Positions 26,518-36,659 of a DNA stretch of 64,000 bases are shown here, piece after piece. The notes under the pieces are model-generated. The model was not told the origin of the DNA, made no database searches, and saw only the letters and a list, made by a program, of their open reading frames with translations. The position numbers and the translations under genes are program-made. The stretch covers positions 1,595-65,594 of the forward strand of contig JASLWR010000011.1 of the NCBI GenBank assembly GCA_030740765.1. Direction: 5' to 3'. The stretch is from Thermoplasmatota archaeon. Its GTDB lineage: Archaea; Thermoplasmatota; Penumbrarchaeia; JASLWR01. How positions within the stretch are numbered: position 1 is the stretch's first letter; every line of letters begins with the position of its first letter.

Positions 26518-27858
26518 TTAATCTCCCCTCAGAACGTGCATGGCCTCAATTGCATCTGATATAACCTTTTCTTCGTCAATGGTAAGTACCTTTCGGTTCT
26601 CCATCACTATATTCCCACCCACGATGACGGTTTCGACGTCCTTCGAGGATGAAGAATAAACGAGATTAGACAGTGGATTGTGCGGCGGATTCATGTTCAC
26701 TCCCGAGCAATCCATGATTACGACATCCGCGAGTTTCCCGACTTCGAGAGTACCCAGTTTGTCCCCCATTCCCATGGCCTTGGCCCCGTTAATGGTGGCG
26801 GTATCGAGAGTTCGATCAAGAGGCATTGCGGTTGGCTTGCCAGTCCTGAATTTCTGTAACAGAGCCGCAAGCTGTATTTCCGAAAGCATGTCAAGGTCGT
26901 TGTTGGATCCATTCCCGTCAGTACCAACGCTAACGTTTATTCCAGCATCGAGATAATCTGTTACGGGAGCTATTCCCGATGACAGTTTCAGGTTGGACGT
27001 GGGGTTGTGAAGAACGTGAATGTCGTGCCCCGCCATTATCTTTCGGTCTTCTTCAGAGGAAAAGACACAATGCGCCGCAAGGATCGGCTCCGTCAACAGG
27101 TCGATATCCAAAAGGTATTGGAACGGTGACTTTCCGAAATTCTTTATCGCCTCATCCACCTCCCATTGGGTTTCTTGCATGTGAATGTGGATGGGTAATT
27201 TTCGGTCGTGACCGAAATCTTTGATCTTCCACAGCCATTCCTTATTCACAGTGTAGGGAGCATGGGGTCCCATACCCCACATTACCCTCTCATTCTTGCC
27301 GTACCACTGATCAACCACCTCGCAGGCCCGCTTGAAACAGTTATCAATGGAACCTGCTTCAGCATTGTTGTCGAACACGCTAGGGCAGAGCAATCCTCGG
27401 ATACCGCTTTCTACAACCGCTTCCGCGATCTCGTTTCCATAGTAGAACTGATCAATAAAACCGGTTACTCCGTTCTTTATAAGCTCAAGACATCCCAGTA
27501 ATGACCCCGCTTTTGCTTCCTTGGCGGTCATTCTCCCTTCCCAGACCCAAACGTTTTCCCATAGCCATTTCTCAAGCATTTCGTCGTCGCATATACCACG
27601 TAGTAGCGTTTCGGGGAGATGAGTGTGGCCGTTTATCAGGCCGGGCAGGACAAGTTTATTCCTACCATCAATGATCTTGGATTCATTCAGTGTAAAATTC
27701 TTATTTATCGTGTCCCGCGGGGCGACCGCGGATATTTTTCCATCCTGAATAAGGACGGAATGATTCTCAAGAACGGCACCCGCAGGTCGAACGGGTATCA
27801 CCGTGGCGTTTTCTATTATTATGTCTTCCATATTAATTACCTCCAGCTCTACTGGCAT
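26518..27858 (-). CDS. mtaD: amidohydrolase, MTA/SAH/5'-deoxyadenosine deaminase-like (MtaD/DadD/TRZ-ATZ family)
   Basis: PGLINGHTHLPETLLRGICDDEMLEKWLWENVW...GCLELIKNGVTGFID, plus IHIHMQET, AAHCV, and VGTDGNGSNNDLDM. These are the metal-binding and structural motifs of this amidohydrolase subgroup. 446 aa. Confidence 0.8.
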   Translation of the reverse strand: MPVELEVINMEDIIIENATVIPVRPAGAVLENHSVLIQDGKISAVAPRDTINKNFTLNESKIIDGRNKLVLPGLINGHTHLPETLLRGICDDEMLEKWLWENVWVWEGRMTAKEAKAGSLLGCLELIKNGVTGFIDQFYYGNEIAEAVVESGIRGLLCPSVFDNNAEAGSIDNCFKRACEVVDQWYGKNERVMWGMGPHAPYTVNKEWLWKIKDFGHDRKLPIHIHMQETQWEVDEAIKNFGKSPFQYLLDIDLLTEPILAAHCVFSSEEDRKIMAGHDIHVLHNPTSNLKLSSGIAPVTDYLDAGINVSVGTDGNGSNNDLDMLSEIQLAALLQKFRTGKPTAMPLDRTLDTATINGAKAMGMGDKLGTLEVGKLADVVIMDCSGVNMNPPHNPLSNLVYSSSSKDVETVIVGGNIVMENRKVLTIDEEKVISDAIEAMHVLRGD

Positions 27859-28097
27859 TATGTCTTTCCCGCAACGAGCTAATAATTTATACCTTTTTAG
27901 ATATAATTAAACGGTGGAATAGTTTTCTCACCCACTTTTTGGGGTAATCGAACACATCGCGACAAGTGTGATCCTTTCTGAGTGTAAGTCCCACATCAGG
28001 TACGAATTTCAAAAGGTCTCCCATAATAGGGAAAAGGTTAAATCATTAAGCATTATTATTAATCGAAATAATTCATTTAAATTGCTTGGGTGAAACT

Positions 28098-28529
28098 ATG
28101 GTTGATATTGACAGTTCCGAAGAAGAGGTACGGATCACATTCCCGTTTCTTCTGTATATTAAGATAGAGAACAGCAGTTTGAAAGAGATGATGCAGTTAT
28201 GTGATGGTTTCGACGTTTACGAGATGATACCGGATGGGAACCTCAAGGATCCTAAGGCCGACATCACAAATCCCTGGCAGAAGATGATTGTGGATGTTAT
28301 AGAGGTCGCAAAGGACGAGATTGTAATAAAGATCACACTAAGGGAGTCTCCTACATACAGCGAGATATACTATCAACTCATGGAACTGCTTGAATTTGTG
28401 AAGAAGAGAACGAAAAGGGAGATATTCATGCATATCAGCCGGATACTTTGGGAAAAACCGACATTCGGCGTTCCTTCCGATATCAAGAAAAGGGAAGTGG
28501 AAGAGTATAACCATTTTCGTATCGAATAA
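28098..28529 (+). CDS. hypothetical cytoplasmic protein, probably co-transcribed with the DtxR-family regulator
   Basis: Unbroken ORF. The ATG at 28098 is preferred over the TTG at 28086. It lies 15 nt upstream of the next gene. No recognisable motif. Confidence 0.55.
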   Translation: MVDIDSSEEEVRITFPFLLYIKIENSSLKEMMQLCDGFDVYEMIPDGNLKDPKADITNPWQKMIVDVIEVAKDEIVIKITLRESPTYSEIYYQLMELLEFVKKRTKREIFMHISRILWEKPTFGVPSDIKKREVEEYNHFRIE

Positions 28530-28544
28530 TTCTATGGAGAGGAA

Positions 28545-28961
28545 ATGGTAAGCGCAAAGACCGAGGATTATCTCGAAGTCATCCTCGAGCTGAGTGAATA
28601 TTCCAAGCATGTCTCCAGCAAAGCGGTGGCGGATAGACTGGGGATAACTCAACCATCGGTAGTGTCGATGTTTACGAGATTGGATGGGGAAAATCTCCTG
28701 AGATACACGAAGTATGCAGGGGTCGTTCTTACAAGAAAGGGAAAGAACATCGCCTATGCAGCCAAACTGCGCCGGGAAGTATTCTCACGTTTTTTTAGTA
28801 TTCTCGGACTCGATGACGAAAGCGTTGAAAAATGCGCGAGATGTGTGAACTGCGAGATACCACCGCAGGCCATGATACGGTTGGATGAATTCGTTGATTT
28901 CATGGAAAAAAGCGATTGTGTGGAAAGGTGGAAGGCGGGGCAAGGGGAAGATGGAAACTAG
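28545..28961 (+). CDS. DtxR/MntR/IdeR-family metal-dependent transcriptional regulator
   Basis: N-terminal TEDYLEVILELSE....VSSKAVADRLGITQPSVVSMFTRLDGENLL......VVLTRKGKNIA....R+EVFSRFF..LGLD is the typical DtxR HTH plus dimerisation helix. 138 aa, ends in TAG. Confidence 0.85.
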   Translation: MVSAKTEDYLEVILELSEYSKHVSSKAVADRLGITQPSVVSMFTRLDGENLLRYTKYAGVVLTRKGKNIAYAAKLRREVFSRFFSILGLDDESVEKCARCVNCEIPPQAMIRLDEFVDFMEKSDCVERWKAGQGEDGN

Positions 28962-29045
28962 GACTTTTTGAATTATAACTGTATTAGATATTCAGGGCCC
29001 AGTCATTGCTGTTATTTGAGATGGTTCATATATTGCCAAATTCAT

Positions 29046-30977
29046 TTATCTTGGAGTATAAACCTCGCTTGTGGTGAAAACATCATAATCATTTGAGGAA
29101 TCTGTATACGCGATGGGGGACGAAGGATTTTCCATATTCCCACAGCTGACAAGTGTTACCTCGATGATCCATTTCCCCGTACCGTTCAATGATTCGCCAG
29201 ATTCATGATCAAACTCCATCGTTACAGATATACTACCTTCCTGACCATGGGTATTTGCACCTATTTCGGTCATGGTTGGATTATCACCAGCAGTAACGGA
29301 AAGCTGGAATTGATCCGGTTGGTTCTCCCAGGTCCTGAATAGACGGGTGAAGTCGTCTTCATCGGTCCATACCAATTCGATTGTTACCGATTTTAACAAA
29401 TCTCCTTCTACCAATTCATAAGGAACTATCGGGACAATTGCTGATTCCTCTTCCTGTAAATTCCCTGATGAATCATCATTGAAGCCCGGGATAATTTCAT
29501 AGTTCTCGAGATTAAAAACAATTTCTGTTTTCTCTTTTTCATCCCGGTAATAGGTATTCTGCCCCCCGAAATAACCCATAGCGAGAAAACCCGGGATAAG
29601 TAATAATATAACCACTATGGAGAGATTGGAAGCCATGAACTTTTTCCTGAAGCTCTTCTGTTCACCGGGCTCCACAGATGGCGCTCCCCTGGTCCCGTAA
29701 ACCCTATTATATATCAATAATAGAGCTACGGTGAGAACGCCTATGCTAACCATGATGGCCCAGAATAACTTCGGCCGCTCACCCGCTGCTGCAATGTTCT
29801 CGTAAAGAACTCCATGGGCGAATATCGAACCCGTAATTACACCTACTGCCGAAGGAAGAAAACTAGCGCCCATGTAAATAGCGAGCTTGTCCCTTGGAGC
29901 TATCTTTGAGATATATGATGAGTAATTGGGATGAGCTATGAACTCGCCGCAGGAAAAAATAACGATGCCCAGGATAAAGAATATCGAGATTGTTGTATAG
30001 CCCATGATGAAAAGGCCAAAAATGAACAAGAGTATACCGGTTATAATAAGCTCCAGAGATTCAAATTTATTCGCAATACCAGCGAGAACGGGACCTACAA
30101 TTATGATAGTTCCTGGATTTATGGTGGCCAGGAAAAGAACTGAAAAAGCCAGAGGCATTATCTTGAAATCCACCATGTACAGTGGAAGTGTCACGTGCAT
30201 CAGGCCGAACATGATGAAGAAACCCGAGTATATCGCCAGAAGAATCACGAAAGGTTTATCTTTTAGGACGATCCCGATATTCCTGATTGAGCGGAAAACA
30301 TCGGCATCCTTGTTGGGTGGATCGGGGTTCTGGTATTGCATTTTATTTATCATGTAGTTGATGGCTATGAATACGGAGGAGACGAAGAATATGATGTAGT
30401 AGAATACTCTTTTATCAGGCACATATAAACTTATTATTAGAAAAATTATGCCAAATATCATTGGAAAGATAAATGCACCCAGATTGACGAACCAGTAAAA
30501 TGTCATGTAGGCAAGATTTCTCTTCTCTTCAGTGGTAGTCTTCCCGATTGTGGCGCTTACTATGGGTTTGAAGGTACCGGCCCCGATACCGAGTATGATA
30601 TAGATCACGAAAAATATCCCGAAAACACTCCAACTACCCAAGGACCAGTAGTACATGATGGGGATGGACATGGCGCCCAGGAGAAAATACCCTGCCATCA
30701 TGAATGTGAAAGCATAACGAAGCGCCTTTTTGTATCCGACCCTATCGGCAAGAGCCCCCGAGACAAGAGGTCCCGCGTACAGTAACAGATATAGCTGGGC
30801 GTTCAATAGGCCGAGCTGTAGATTCGTCAGTTTCAGATTATAAGCAAGATGTACCGCAAGAATCCCGTAAGAGGCATAATACGCGCCTCTCTCGAAAAGT
30901 TCCATAAGTATGGTTACCCAGAATAGTTTTGTGAATTCAGAATACTTTCTGCGAAGGAAAATCCCGAGTCCCATCAT
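29046..30977 (-). CDS. POT/PTR2-family proton-dependent oligopeptide transporter with an added ~185-aa C-terminal non-membrane domain
   Basis: The N-terminus ILMELFERGAYYASYGIL carries the ExxER(F)xYY POT signature, and ALADRVGYKKAL is also present. About 14 TM helices. The final ~185 aa (QNTYYRDEKEK...EVYTPR) are hydrophilic and beta-rich. Confidence 0.8.
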   Translation of the reverse strand: MMGLGIFLRRKYSEFTKLFWVTILMELFERGAYYASYGILAVHLAYNLKLTNLQLGLLNAQLYLLLYAGPLVSGALADRVGYKKALRYAFTFMMAGYFLLGAMSIPIMYYWSLGSWSVFGIFFVIYIILGIGAGTFKPIVSATIGKTTTEEKRNLAYMTFYWFVNLGAFIFPMIFGIIFLIISLYVPDKRVFYYIIFFVSSVFIAINYMINKMQYQNPDPPNKDADVFRSIRNIGIVLKDKPFVILLAIYSGFFIMFGLMHVTLPLYMVDFKIMPLAFSVLFLATINPGTIIIVGPVLAGIANKFESLELIITGILLFIFGLFIMGYTTISIFFILGIVIFSCGEFIAHPNYSSYISKIAPRDKLAIYMGASFLPSAVGVITGSIFAHGVLYENIAAAGERPKLFWAIMVSIGVLTVALLLIYNRVYGTRGAPSVEPGEQKSFRKKFMASNLSIVVILLLIPGFLAMGYFGGQNTYYRDEKEKTEIVFNLENYEIIPGFNDDSSGNLQEEESAIVPIVPYELVEGDLLKSVTIELVWTDEDDFTRLFRTWENQPDQFQLSVTAGDNPTMTEIGANTHGQEGSISVTMEFDHESGESLNGTGKWIIEVTLVSCGNMENPSSPIAYTDSSNDYDVFTTSEVYTPR

Positions 30978-31150
30978 CGTGTTGAAGGTAATTTATGTTA
31001 TAAATGTTTAGGTATAATTAACCGTTGTCTTCCGTCCCCACCGGTAAAGGCGAGCCAGTAGCCTACGTCTTGTCAAGTGAAACGCTAAGGAAAAGACCTG
31101 TATTAGACAAATAAACCATAAAACGTGTCGGTTTGGCGACAATATAAAAT

Positions 31151-31687
31151 CTAGATCTCTCCCGCCACACCGCAGTGGGGACATTTTATGGGAAGAGGTC
31201 TTTTGCCTGTATCCTTTATCATAAAATCCTTGGAACACTCCGGACATTCCAATTCGAGCTTCTTTACTTTTTTACCCGATACCTTCGCTTCGGCCTCTAT
31301 TGTGCGTTTGTCCCTTTCAAGCTCCAGTGGGAAAGCTTTCCTTGTCTTTGAGAGCTTTATAGAACCGATTATTGAAAAAATGAAACCGGCAATGGAAATA
31401 ATACCCGTGAAAATATTAATTATCAATAGTATGCGGACCACTCCATATGCACTTCTAAGAAACAACAAAATAACAGCAATGATGAGAAAAATTTGAGATA
31501 GATACCATAAAATCATTATCATTGTTCCACCAAAAAATTCACCACTGCCGAATACACCACCTGAATACAATACCCATACCGCAAACGTGATCAATGCGAA
31601 TGATATTATTACACCAACTAACATTAGGACTGCTAGATTCGATGCCTTCTTGATATCCTCTTCTGCTGCTTCCATATAATCTGCCAT
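31151..31687 (-). CDS. 4-TM membrane protein with a cytoplasmic C-terminal zinc ribbon
   Basis: Four hydrophobic segments, then ...KKVKKLELECPECSKDFMIKDTGKRPLPIKCPHCGVAGEI (CxxC-x16-CPxC). Confidence 0.65.
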   Translation of the reverse strand: MADYMEAAEEDIKKASNLAVLMLVGVIISFALITFAVWVLYSGGVFGSGEFFGGTMIMILWYLSQIFLIIAVILLFLRSAYGVVRILLIINIFTGIISIAGFIFSIIGSIKLSKTRKAFPLELERDKRTIEAEAKVSGKKVKKLELECPECSKDFMIKDTGKRPLPIKCPHCGVAGEI

Positions 31688-31716
31688 GAAATCTCCTCTG
31701 AATATTTGTTATCTTA

Positions 31717-32265
31717 CTATGGTGGACTCCCTGCAAGCACTGCCACGGAAGTGGTTTTCTTTTGTTCACCAAATGTGGAATCGTATTTTGCCGTTATCTT
31801 GATCTCGCCGTTCCATTCATTGGGACCCAGGTGGCAATTGGCAAGGCTGAGTTTCGCTTCCCCATTAATGTCAGTTGTCGCCGCATGGTTGACCCCCGCA
31901 CCAGTGATGGTGACCAACACGTCGGTCATTTCCTTGTTGTCATCATTTTTACAGATAATGATTAGATGGGTTGAATAATAGTCAACGGGATTATCAGATC
32001 CTCTTTTGGCTCCCTGGTACCAGTGATCACCATCCTTGTAGGTAGTGTTTTCACAATAAATCGTTCTATCAAAATAGACGCCATCAATCTCGATCTTTGC
32101 AATCGTAATACTGTCCAGGTCCGGATTCGATACGACTACATATCCAAGTATAACAACCAGGCATACACCCGCTATTACCACCATGATGAAAATCCTCAAA
32201 GGAAGGCCGGTTAAACCAGTGTGATCCTCCTTGAACCTCTTATTGAAATGTGTTATCTTTCTCAT
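31717..32265 (-). CDS. pilin-like or secreted Ig-fold protein with an N-terminal hydrophobic helix (possible class III signal peptide)
   Basis: MRKITHFNKRFKEDHTGLTGLPLRIFIMVVIAGVCLVVILGYVV has a charged N-terminus, a Gly, then about 22 hydrophobic residues, as in archaeal type IV pilin precursors. It lies immediately downstream of the FlaJ-like and FlaI-like genes. The C-terminus is beta-rich (VTITGAGVNHAATTDINGEAKLSL). Confidence 0.5.
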   Translation of the reverse strand: MRKITHFNKRFKEDHTGLTGLPLRIFIMVVIAGVCLVVILGYVVVSNPDLDSITIAKIEIDGVYFDRTIYCENTTYKDGDHWYQGAKRGSDNPVDYYSTHLIIICKNDDNKEMTDVLVTITGAGVNHAATTDINGEAKLSLANCHLGPNEWNGEIKITAKYDSTFGEQKKTTSVAVLAGSPP

Positions 32266-32452
32266 ACCTGTGACCTCTTTGCCAACTATTATTAAGTTCC
32301 AAAAGGAATTTATAAATTGGACATATGAATTATGAACATGTTATTTTAATATTGTTGTTCAATGTGTCCGATTCACCTAAGCTTTTTCTTCTAAGCTATT
32401 TTCGACATATATATAATTGTAATCCAATGTAGTCTATGGCAACGATCAATAC

Positions 32453-34492
32453 CTATAATATAGTGAAATTTGTCACGTAAGCCCCCCCGATAAAATAGGT
32501 TACCATCATGGCTAGAGAGTAACACGTAAGACCGATGAGAAGGAAAATCGATATATTGTTCTTCAACTCTATCATATCTTTTCCGAAATCTATCCGAGAA
32601 ACGAAATAACCCACCACAAGCATCAATTGAATAAGGTAAATTCCGATGGATACCGCGAGAACCGTTGGTGAAATAGTGTCCTGTCCAAAACCGAACAGTT
32701 CAACATTCATCTCCTCAGGAATATCATAGGTCTGAAGATTGACCGCAAGTAGCTGGTAGAGAATGACGGTGACACCCATAACGAGGGGGGCAATGAAAAT
32801 GGCAGTCTGGGTCATCATCCCGGTCACTTCTTCCAGTCTCCCCCGTAGCTCTTTCTCGACCTTCTTCAACTCGGAGAGGTAATTCGAGATGAGCATTATC
32901 GTCTTGCCGGCGGTCTTCGGGTCTTTCGACGATGCTTCGACAACGGTATGCATAGTATTCTTGACCGTCCTTGCCGGTGACCTGGCAAGGAGTCCCTCGG
33001 GACCGTATAAAACTTTCTTCAAGGATGAGCGTGTGACCTGGAGCTTATATGATATCTTGCCGAAAAGCTTCGATATCAGAGTATTCTTCATAGTGATTGC
33101 GGTCTTCTCTAGAGCGGTCTCCAAGGGTTTTCCCTCCGCTATTCGGTTTCCCAGCTGGAAAAGGGCCTCGGGATATTCATCCTCCATTCTACGGACAGCC
33201 CTTGCCTTCCCCTTCGCTTCCCTGTTGGTGAAATACCCGTATATGGAGATGGGGAGACCAACCGCCCACACAAACAATAAAGAGGCGAATATGCTCTTAT
33301 CAAGAAGTATCACTCCCAGGGTGACAAGGGCGCCGCAGGCAAGAAAACAGATAAAGATAATAAATCCACGTTTCGCAGGACTTATAACTTTGCCGATATC
33401 AGGGGGAGTGGTTAGCTCGGGCCGGTTACCCAGTATGGAATAGGCATATGCCAAGATTCCCACGGGAAGGACCAGATTTATCACGATTACTGTCAACCAA
33501 GTCCACTCATTGCCAATGCCCAGTATTGGCAGCAGAATTGCAAGTAATAATGGAAGCATGATTCCAACGGCGAAGAGTATCATGGTGGGGATCTTCAACG
33601 AATTGGAGAACTCCTCAAGTTTTCCCTTCGTCCCGTCGATAATAATCTGGTTCGCTTTGTCCAAAACCCGGTTGATCCCTTCGGTATTCCTCTCGAGAGC
33701 GGCACTTCGTACCATGTACAGCGAACGCTTGAAATCCTCGTCCCAATCGCTCCAATCATATGCAAAGGCGATGAAAGACTCCTCCACCGACGAGTATTCA
33801 CGCATGTACACATCCCACAGTACTTTCCTGAGATCCGAGGATAGGGGCTCCGGTAGGCTTGAAGCTGCATATTTCACCGCTCTGTCCAGCGATGGGGTGA
33901 GCCGCATGGATAACGATAGGTAATGGATCGCTTCAGGCATCCGGCCCACGGTCAGGGCCCTCATCCTGCGCGCTCTCATATATGGATACCGGTCGATGTA
34001 AAAAGACAGTAAACCCGGTATCATAAATGTGGCAATAGCGCATGGAACTATATAGAAAATATCAAAATCAGTGATCATGATAACCCCTGCAGAAACCACA
34101 ATGAAGATTATCATCAAGACCATCAAGACTGTGTTGGAGAAACTTCGGACCTCGTATGGTTCCAGGTCCAATCTGCCTAGCGACAATATCTTTTTGAATT
34201 TTGCTTCCCGAAAACCCTCATCTTCACGCCCATATAGCTTCTCGGCATTCAGAAATCTCTTTTCTTCCCTTCGATATGCGTGACTGTTTGCGGACTGTTT
34301 CTTTTGTACGTTCTCGAACCTTTGTTTGGCATTCAAAAACAATTCCTTTTGCCTACGGTGTCGTTTCTTCCTCTCCTTCTCGTCGGCACCGGCCTTGATC
34401 TCAAGGTCGGGGTACAAAGCTGAATTAACGAGTTTACAAATTCGGGTGAACCTGGAACTGGGATAATCGAGATCCTTTTCAAAATCAGGCAT
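32453..34492 (-). CDS. type II secretion system F-family platform protein (FlaJ/TadC-like)
   Basis: 679 aa. Two repeats, each a cytoplasmic helical domain followed by TM helices (..AIHYLSLSMRLTPSLDRAVKYAASSLPEPLSSDLRKVLWDV.. and ..YPEALFQLGNRIAEGKPLETALEKTAITMKNTLISKLFGKI..). It overlaps the upstream ATPase gene by 8 nt. It also carries a basic, coiled, N-terminal extension of about 110 aa. Confidence 0.7.
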   Translation of the reverse strand: MPDFEKDLDYPSSRFTRICKLVNSALYPDLEIKAGADEKERKKRHRRQKELFLNAKQRFENVQKKQSANSHAYRREEKRFLNAEKLYGREDEGFREAKFKKILSLGRLDLEPYEVRSFSNTVLMVLMIIFIVVSAGVIMITDFDIFYIVPCAIATFMIPGLLSFYIDRYPYMRARRMRALTVGRMPEAIHYLSLSMRLTPSLDRAVKYAASSLPEPLSSDLRKVLWDVYMREYSSVEESFIAFAYDWSDWDEDFKRSLYMVRSAALERNTEGINRVLDKANQIIIDGTKGKLEEFSNSLKIPTMILFAVGIMLPLLLAILLPILGIGNEWTWLTVIVINLVLPVGILAYAYSILGNRPELTTPPDIGKVISPAKRGFIIFICFLACGALVTLGVILLDKSIFASLLFVWAVGLPISIYGYFTNREAKGKARAVRRMEDEYPEALFQLGNRIAEGKPLETALEKTAITMKNTLISKLFGKISYKLQVTRSSLKKVLYGPEGLLARSPARTVKNTMHTVVEASSKDPKTAGKTIMLISNYLSELKKVEKELRGRLEEVTGMMTQTAIFIAPLVMGVTVILYQLLAVNLQTYDIPEEMNVELFGFGQDTISPTVLAVSIGIYLIQLMLVVGYFVSRIDFGKDMIELKNNISIFLLIGLTCYSLAMMVTYFIGGAYVTNFTIL

Positions 34493-36635
34493 ACGGAATA
34501 CTCCTTAAGAACCAGTTCGTAAATTCCTTTATCAACTCTTTGTAGTTAATAGTTCCGGACGTTTGATACTGACTGTCAAGCAACTCCCAGAATCTTGAAT
34601 TTATCCTCTGGACCCAAGCCGCCGAAAGCAGGTCCCTGTTCTTCCCCTTCCTTGCGTAATCCACTACGATCTTGCGGATAGCGGCTCTGGCTATGATGTT
34701 CTGCACCGCCTCCTCCATGCTCATTCCCCATGATGCCGCTATACGACCTATCACCTGGGAGCTGTAATGGAAGATGTCCGTTTCCTCCAGTTTGTCCTTC
34801 TTCTCGTCGAACTCCATTAAATTGTGAAAGGCTCCTTCGGAGGAGGCCTTGTCCAGTTCCGCTACTTGCGTGGTGCGCCTTTTCATCTTGTGTGTACCTT
34901 TAGGCCGGATGAAATTCGTTATTATTACCACATCGGTGGCGTTGAAGGATTTAGCCGGGATGTTCATGTCATACACGATCCTCTCGTACACTGCCTCCGC
35001 CGAGTTCGAATGGAAAGTTCCAAGCACGGCACTTCCTGCAGTACCGGCTCTCATGGCCTCGTAGAGGGTCTTGGCCTCTTCCCCTCTGACCTCGCCGATA
35101 ACAAGGGCGCTTTCTCCCAGGCGCAGAGCGATCTTCAAGGCGTCGTTGGCGCTCATCTCCCCGAAACCTCCCAAAGAGGATTGTATCTGCATGGGTTGAA
35201 TCTTGTAATCCAGTTCCTGCAATTTCTCCACCGGAAGCTCCAACGTATCTTCTATTGTTAGGATCCTCTGGCTTCTGGGAAATTCGAGCAAACAAGCTCC
35301 CAGGAGAGATGTCTTTCCCGCTCCCCTGGATCCGGCAATGAGAATGGTGGCCTTCCCGTCAATAAGGAACGATATCAGACCCGCGGCCAGTGGAGTTAAT
35401 GAACCCAGGTTGATGAGACGCAGCAGGGTCCAAGGTTCGGTGGAATGCCGCCTCAGGGCAAATGCGGTTCCCGTGGGACTCAAAGGTTTCCCAATGACCG
35501 AAACCCTGGTGTTGTGCGCGCCTATGCTGCACTCCAGCAGCGGTGTGGCCTCGGAAAAGGGTCTCCCGCTCTCGTACCGGAACCTTGACAGAAGACTCTC
35601 GGCGTCGGTTCTCGACAGTATCACATTAGTTATGCATTTCCCGGACAATCTTGTATCGATACCCCCCTCAAGGACCACATAGATCTTGTTATCCGAGGTT
35701 GGGGAATCGATGTATATGTCCTGGATGTAATGATCCGCGAGCATGGTTTCGATAATACCCATTCCGGCTGTGAACTTTGCCAGTATCTTTGATAGCTTCT
35801 GGAGATTTTTTAATTCATCAGACCTTGAGGTTCCCAGAGGTATGCGGTGTTTCTTTGCAAGCCTGTACATGTACTTCTGTCCAAACTTTATGACATATTC
35901 ACGGGCCCGGTCGGGTCGAGTCAGTTCCGTGGATTGCGGATAGTGGGTCGTGAGTTCCCGCCGTGTAAGCTCCACGAGTCTCATATGTGCCTCCGGAATG
36001 GCGTATTCGGCTGGAAAAACGTGATAGAGAGCCTCCACTCCTTCCGGTAGAAGATACAGGGAAATGGTGGAATCCTCGACCATGTATTGTTTTATCAACC
36101 TGGCATCAGGCGGTGCGTCGGGTATGACCCAGGACGATGAGAAGCCGGGTCTCATTCGTGAATTCTTAATTAAAATTTGAGAAAAACCAGCCCTAACCCT
36201 TTCTGGGCTCATCTCCCTTTCAAGATTGTCCATCTTCATCTTGAGATTTGAGATCGTAGGTGGTAATTTGTATTCCATTTCATGCTTGGCGGCCTTGGGA
36301 GGAGCGATATCAGTAAGAGTGCTCTCCATACGATCCGTTAGCGTACCCGCACCTTGATGCGAGCGGTTCTGGGTTCCATAAGATCGGGAAGGATAATTAT
36401 TGGGTGTGCCTGGAACTGCGCTGCCCGGATATTTACGGGCCGAGGGAAATGCCCGATCCACATGCCCGTGGCTTTTAGGATTTACTCCAAGCTTTTCCAT
36501 ACCTGCATTAGCGGCAGGTCTGTTATTGGATGTACTTGAAGGGGCCTTTGTGAACACTATCTTTGTCTCGGTAGTATATTTTCTCTGATCGCTCTTTTTC
36601 GGCCTGATCACGTGTTCCTTTTCGTATTTCGCCAT
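34485..36635 (-). CDS. type II/IV secretion-family ATPase (FlaI/VirB11/TadA-like) with a ~200-aa low-complexity N-terminal extension
   Basis: Walker A IAGSRGAGKTSLLGA, Asp box RILTIEDTLEL, Walker B ALVIGEVRGEEA, His box LGTFHSNSA. The N-terminal ~200 aa are S/P/G/N/K-rich. Confidence 0.9.
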   Translation of the reverse strand: MAKYEKEHVIRPKKSDQRKYTTETKIVFTKAPSSTSNNRPAANAGMEKLGVNPKSHGHVDRAFPSARKYPGSAVPGTPNNYPSRSYGTQNRSHQGAGTLTDRMESTLTDIAPPKAAKHEMEYKLPPTISNLKMKMDNLEREMSPERVRAGFSQILIKNSRMRPGFSSSWVIPDAPPDARLIKQYMVEDSTISLYLLPEGVEALYHVFPAEYAIPEAHMRLVELTRRELTTHYPQSTELTRPDRAREYVIKFGQKYMYRLAKKHRIPLGTSRSDELKNLQKLSKILAKFTAGMGIIETMLADHYIQDIYIDSPTSDNKIYVVLEGGIDTRLSGKCITNVILSRTDAESLLSRFRYESGRPFSEATPLLECSIGAHNTRVSVIGKPLSPTGTAFALRRHSTEPWTLLRLINLGSLTPLAAGLISFLIDGKATILIAGSRGAGKTSLLGACLLEFPRSQRILTIEDTLELPVEKLQELDYKIQPMQIQSSLGGFGEMSANDALKIALRLGESALVIGEVRGEEAKTLYEAMRAGTAGSAVLGTFHSNSAEAVYERIVYDMNIPAKSFNATDVVIITNFIRPKGTHKMKRRTTQVAELDKASSEGAFHNLMEFDEKKDKLEETDIFHYSSQVIGRIAASWGMSMEEAVQNIIARAAIRKIVVDYARKGKNRDLLSAAWVQRINSRFWELLDSQYQTSGTINYKELIKEFTNWFLRSIPYA

Positions 36636-36659
36636 CTCTACTCCTCGATAATATAGTCC

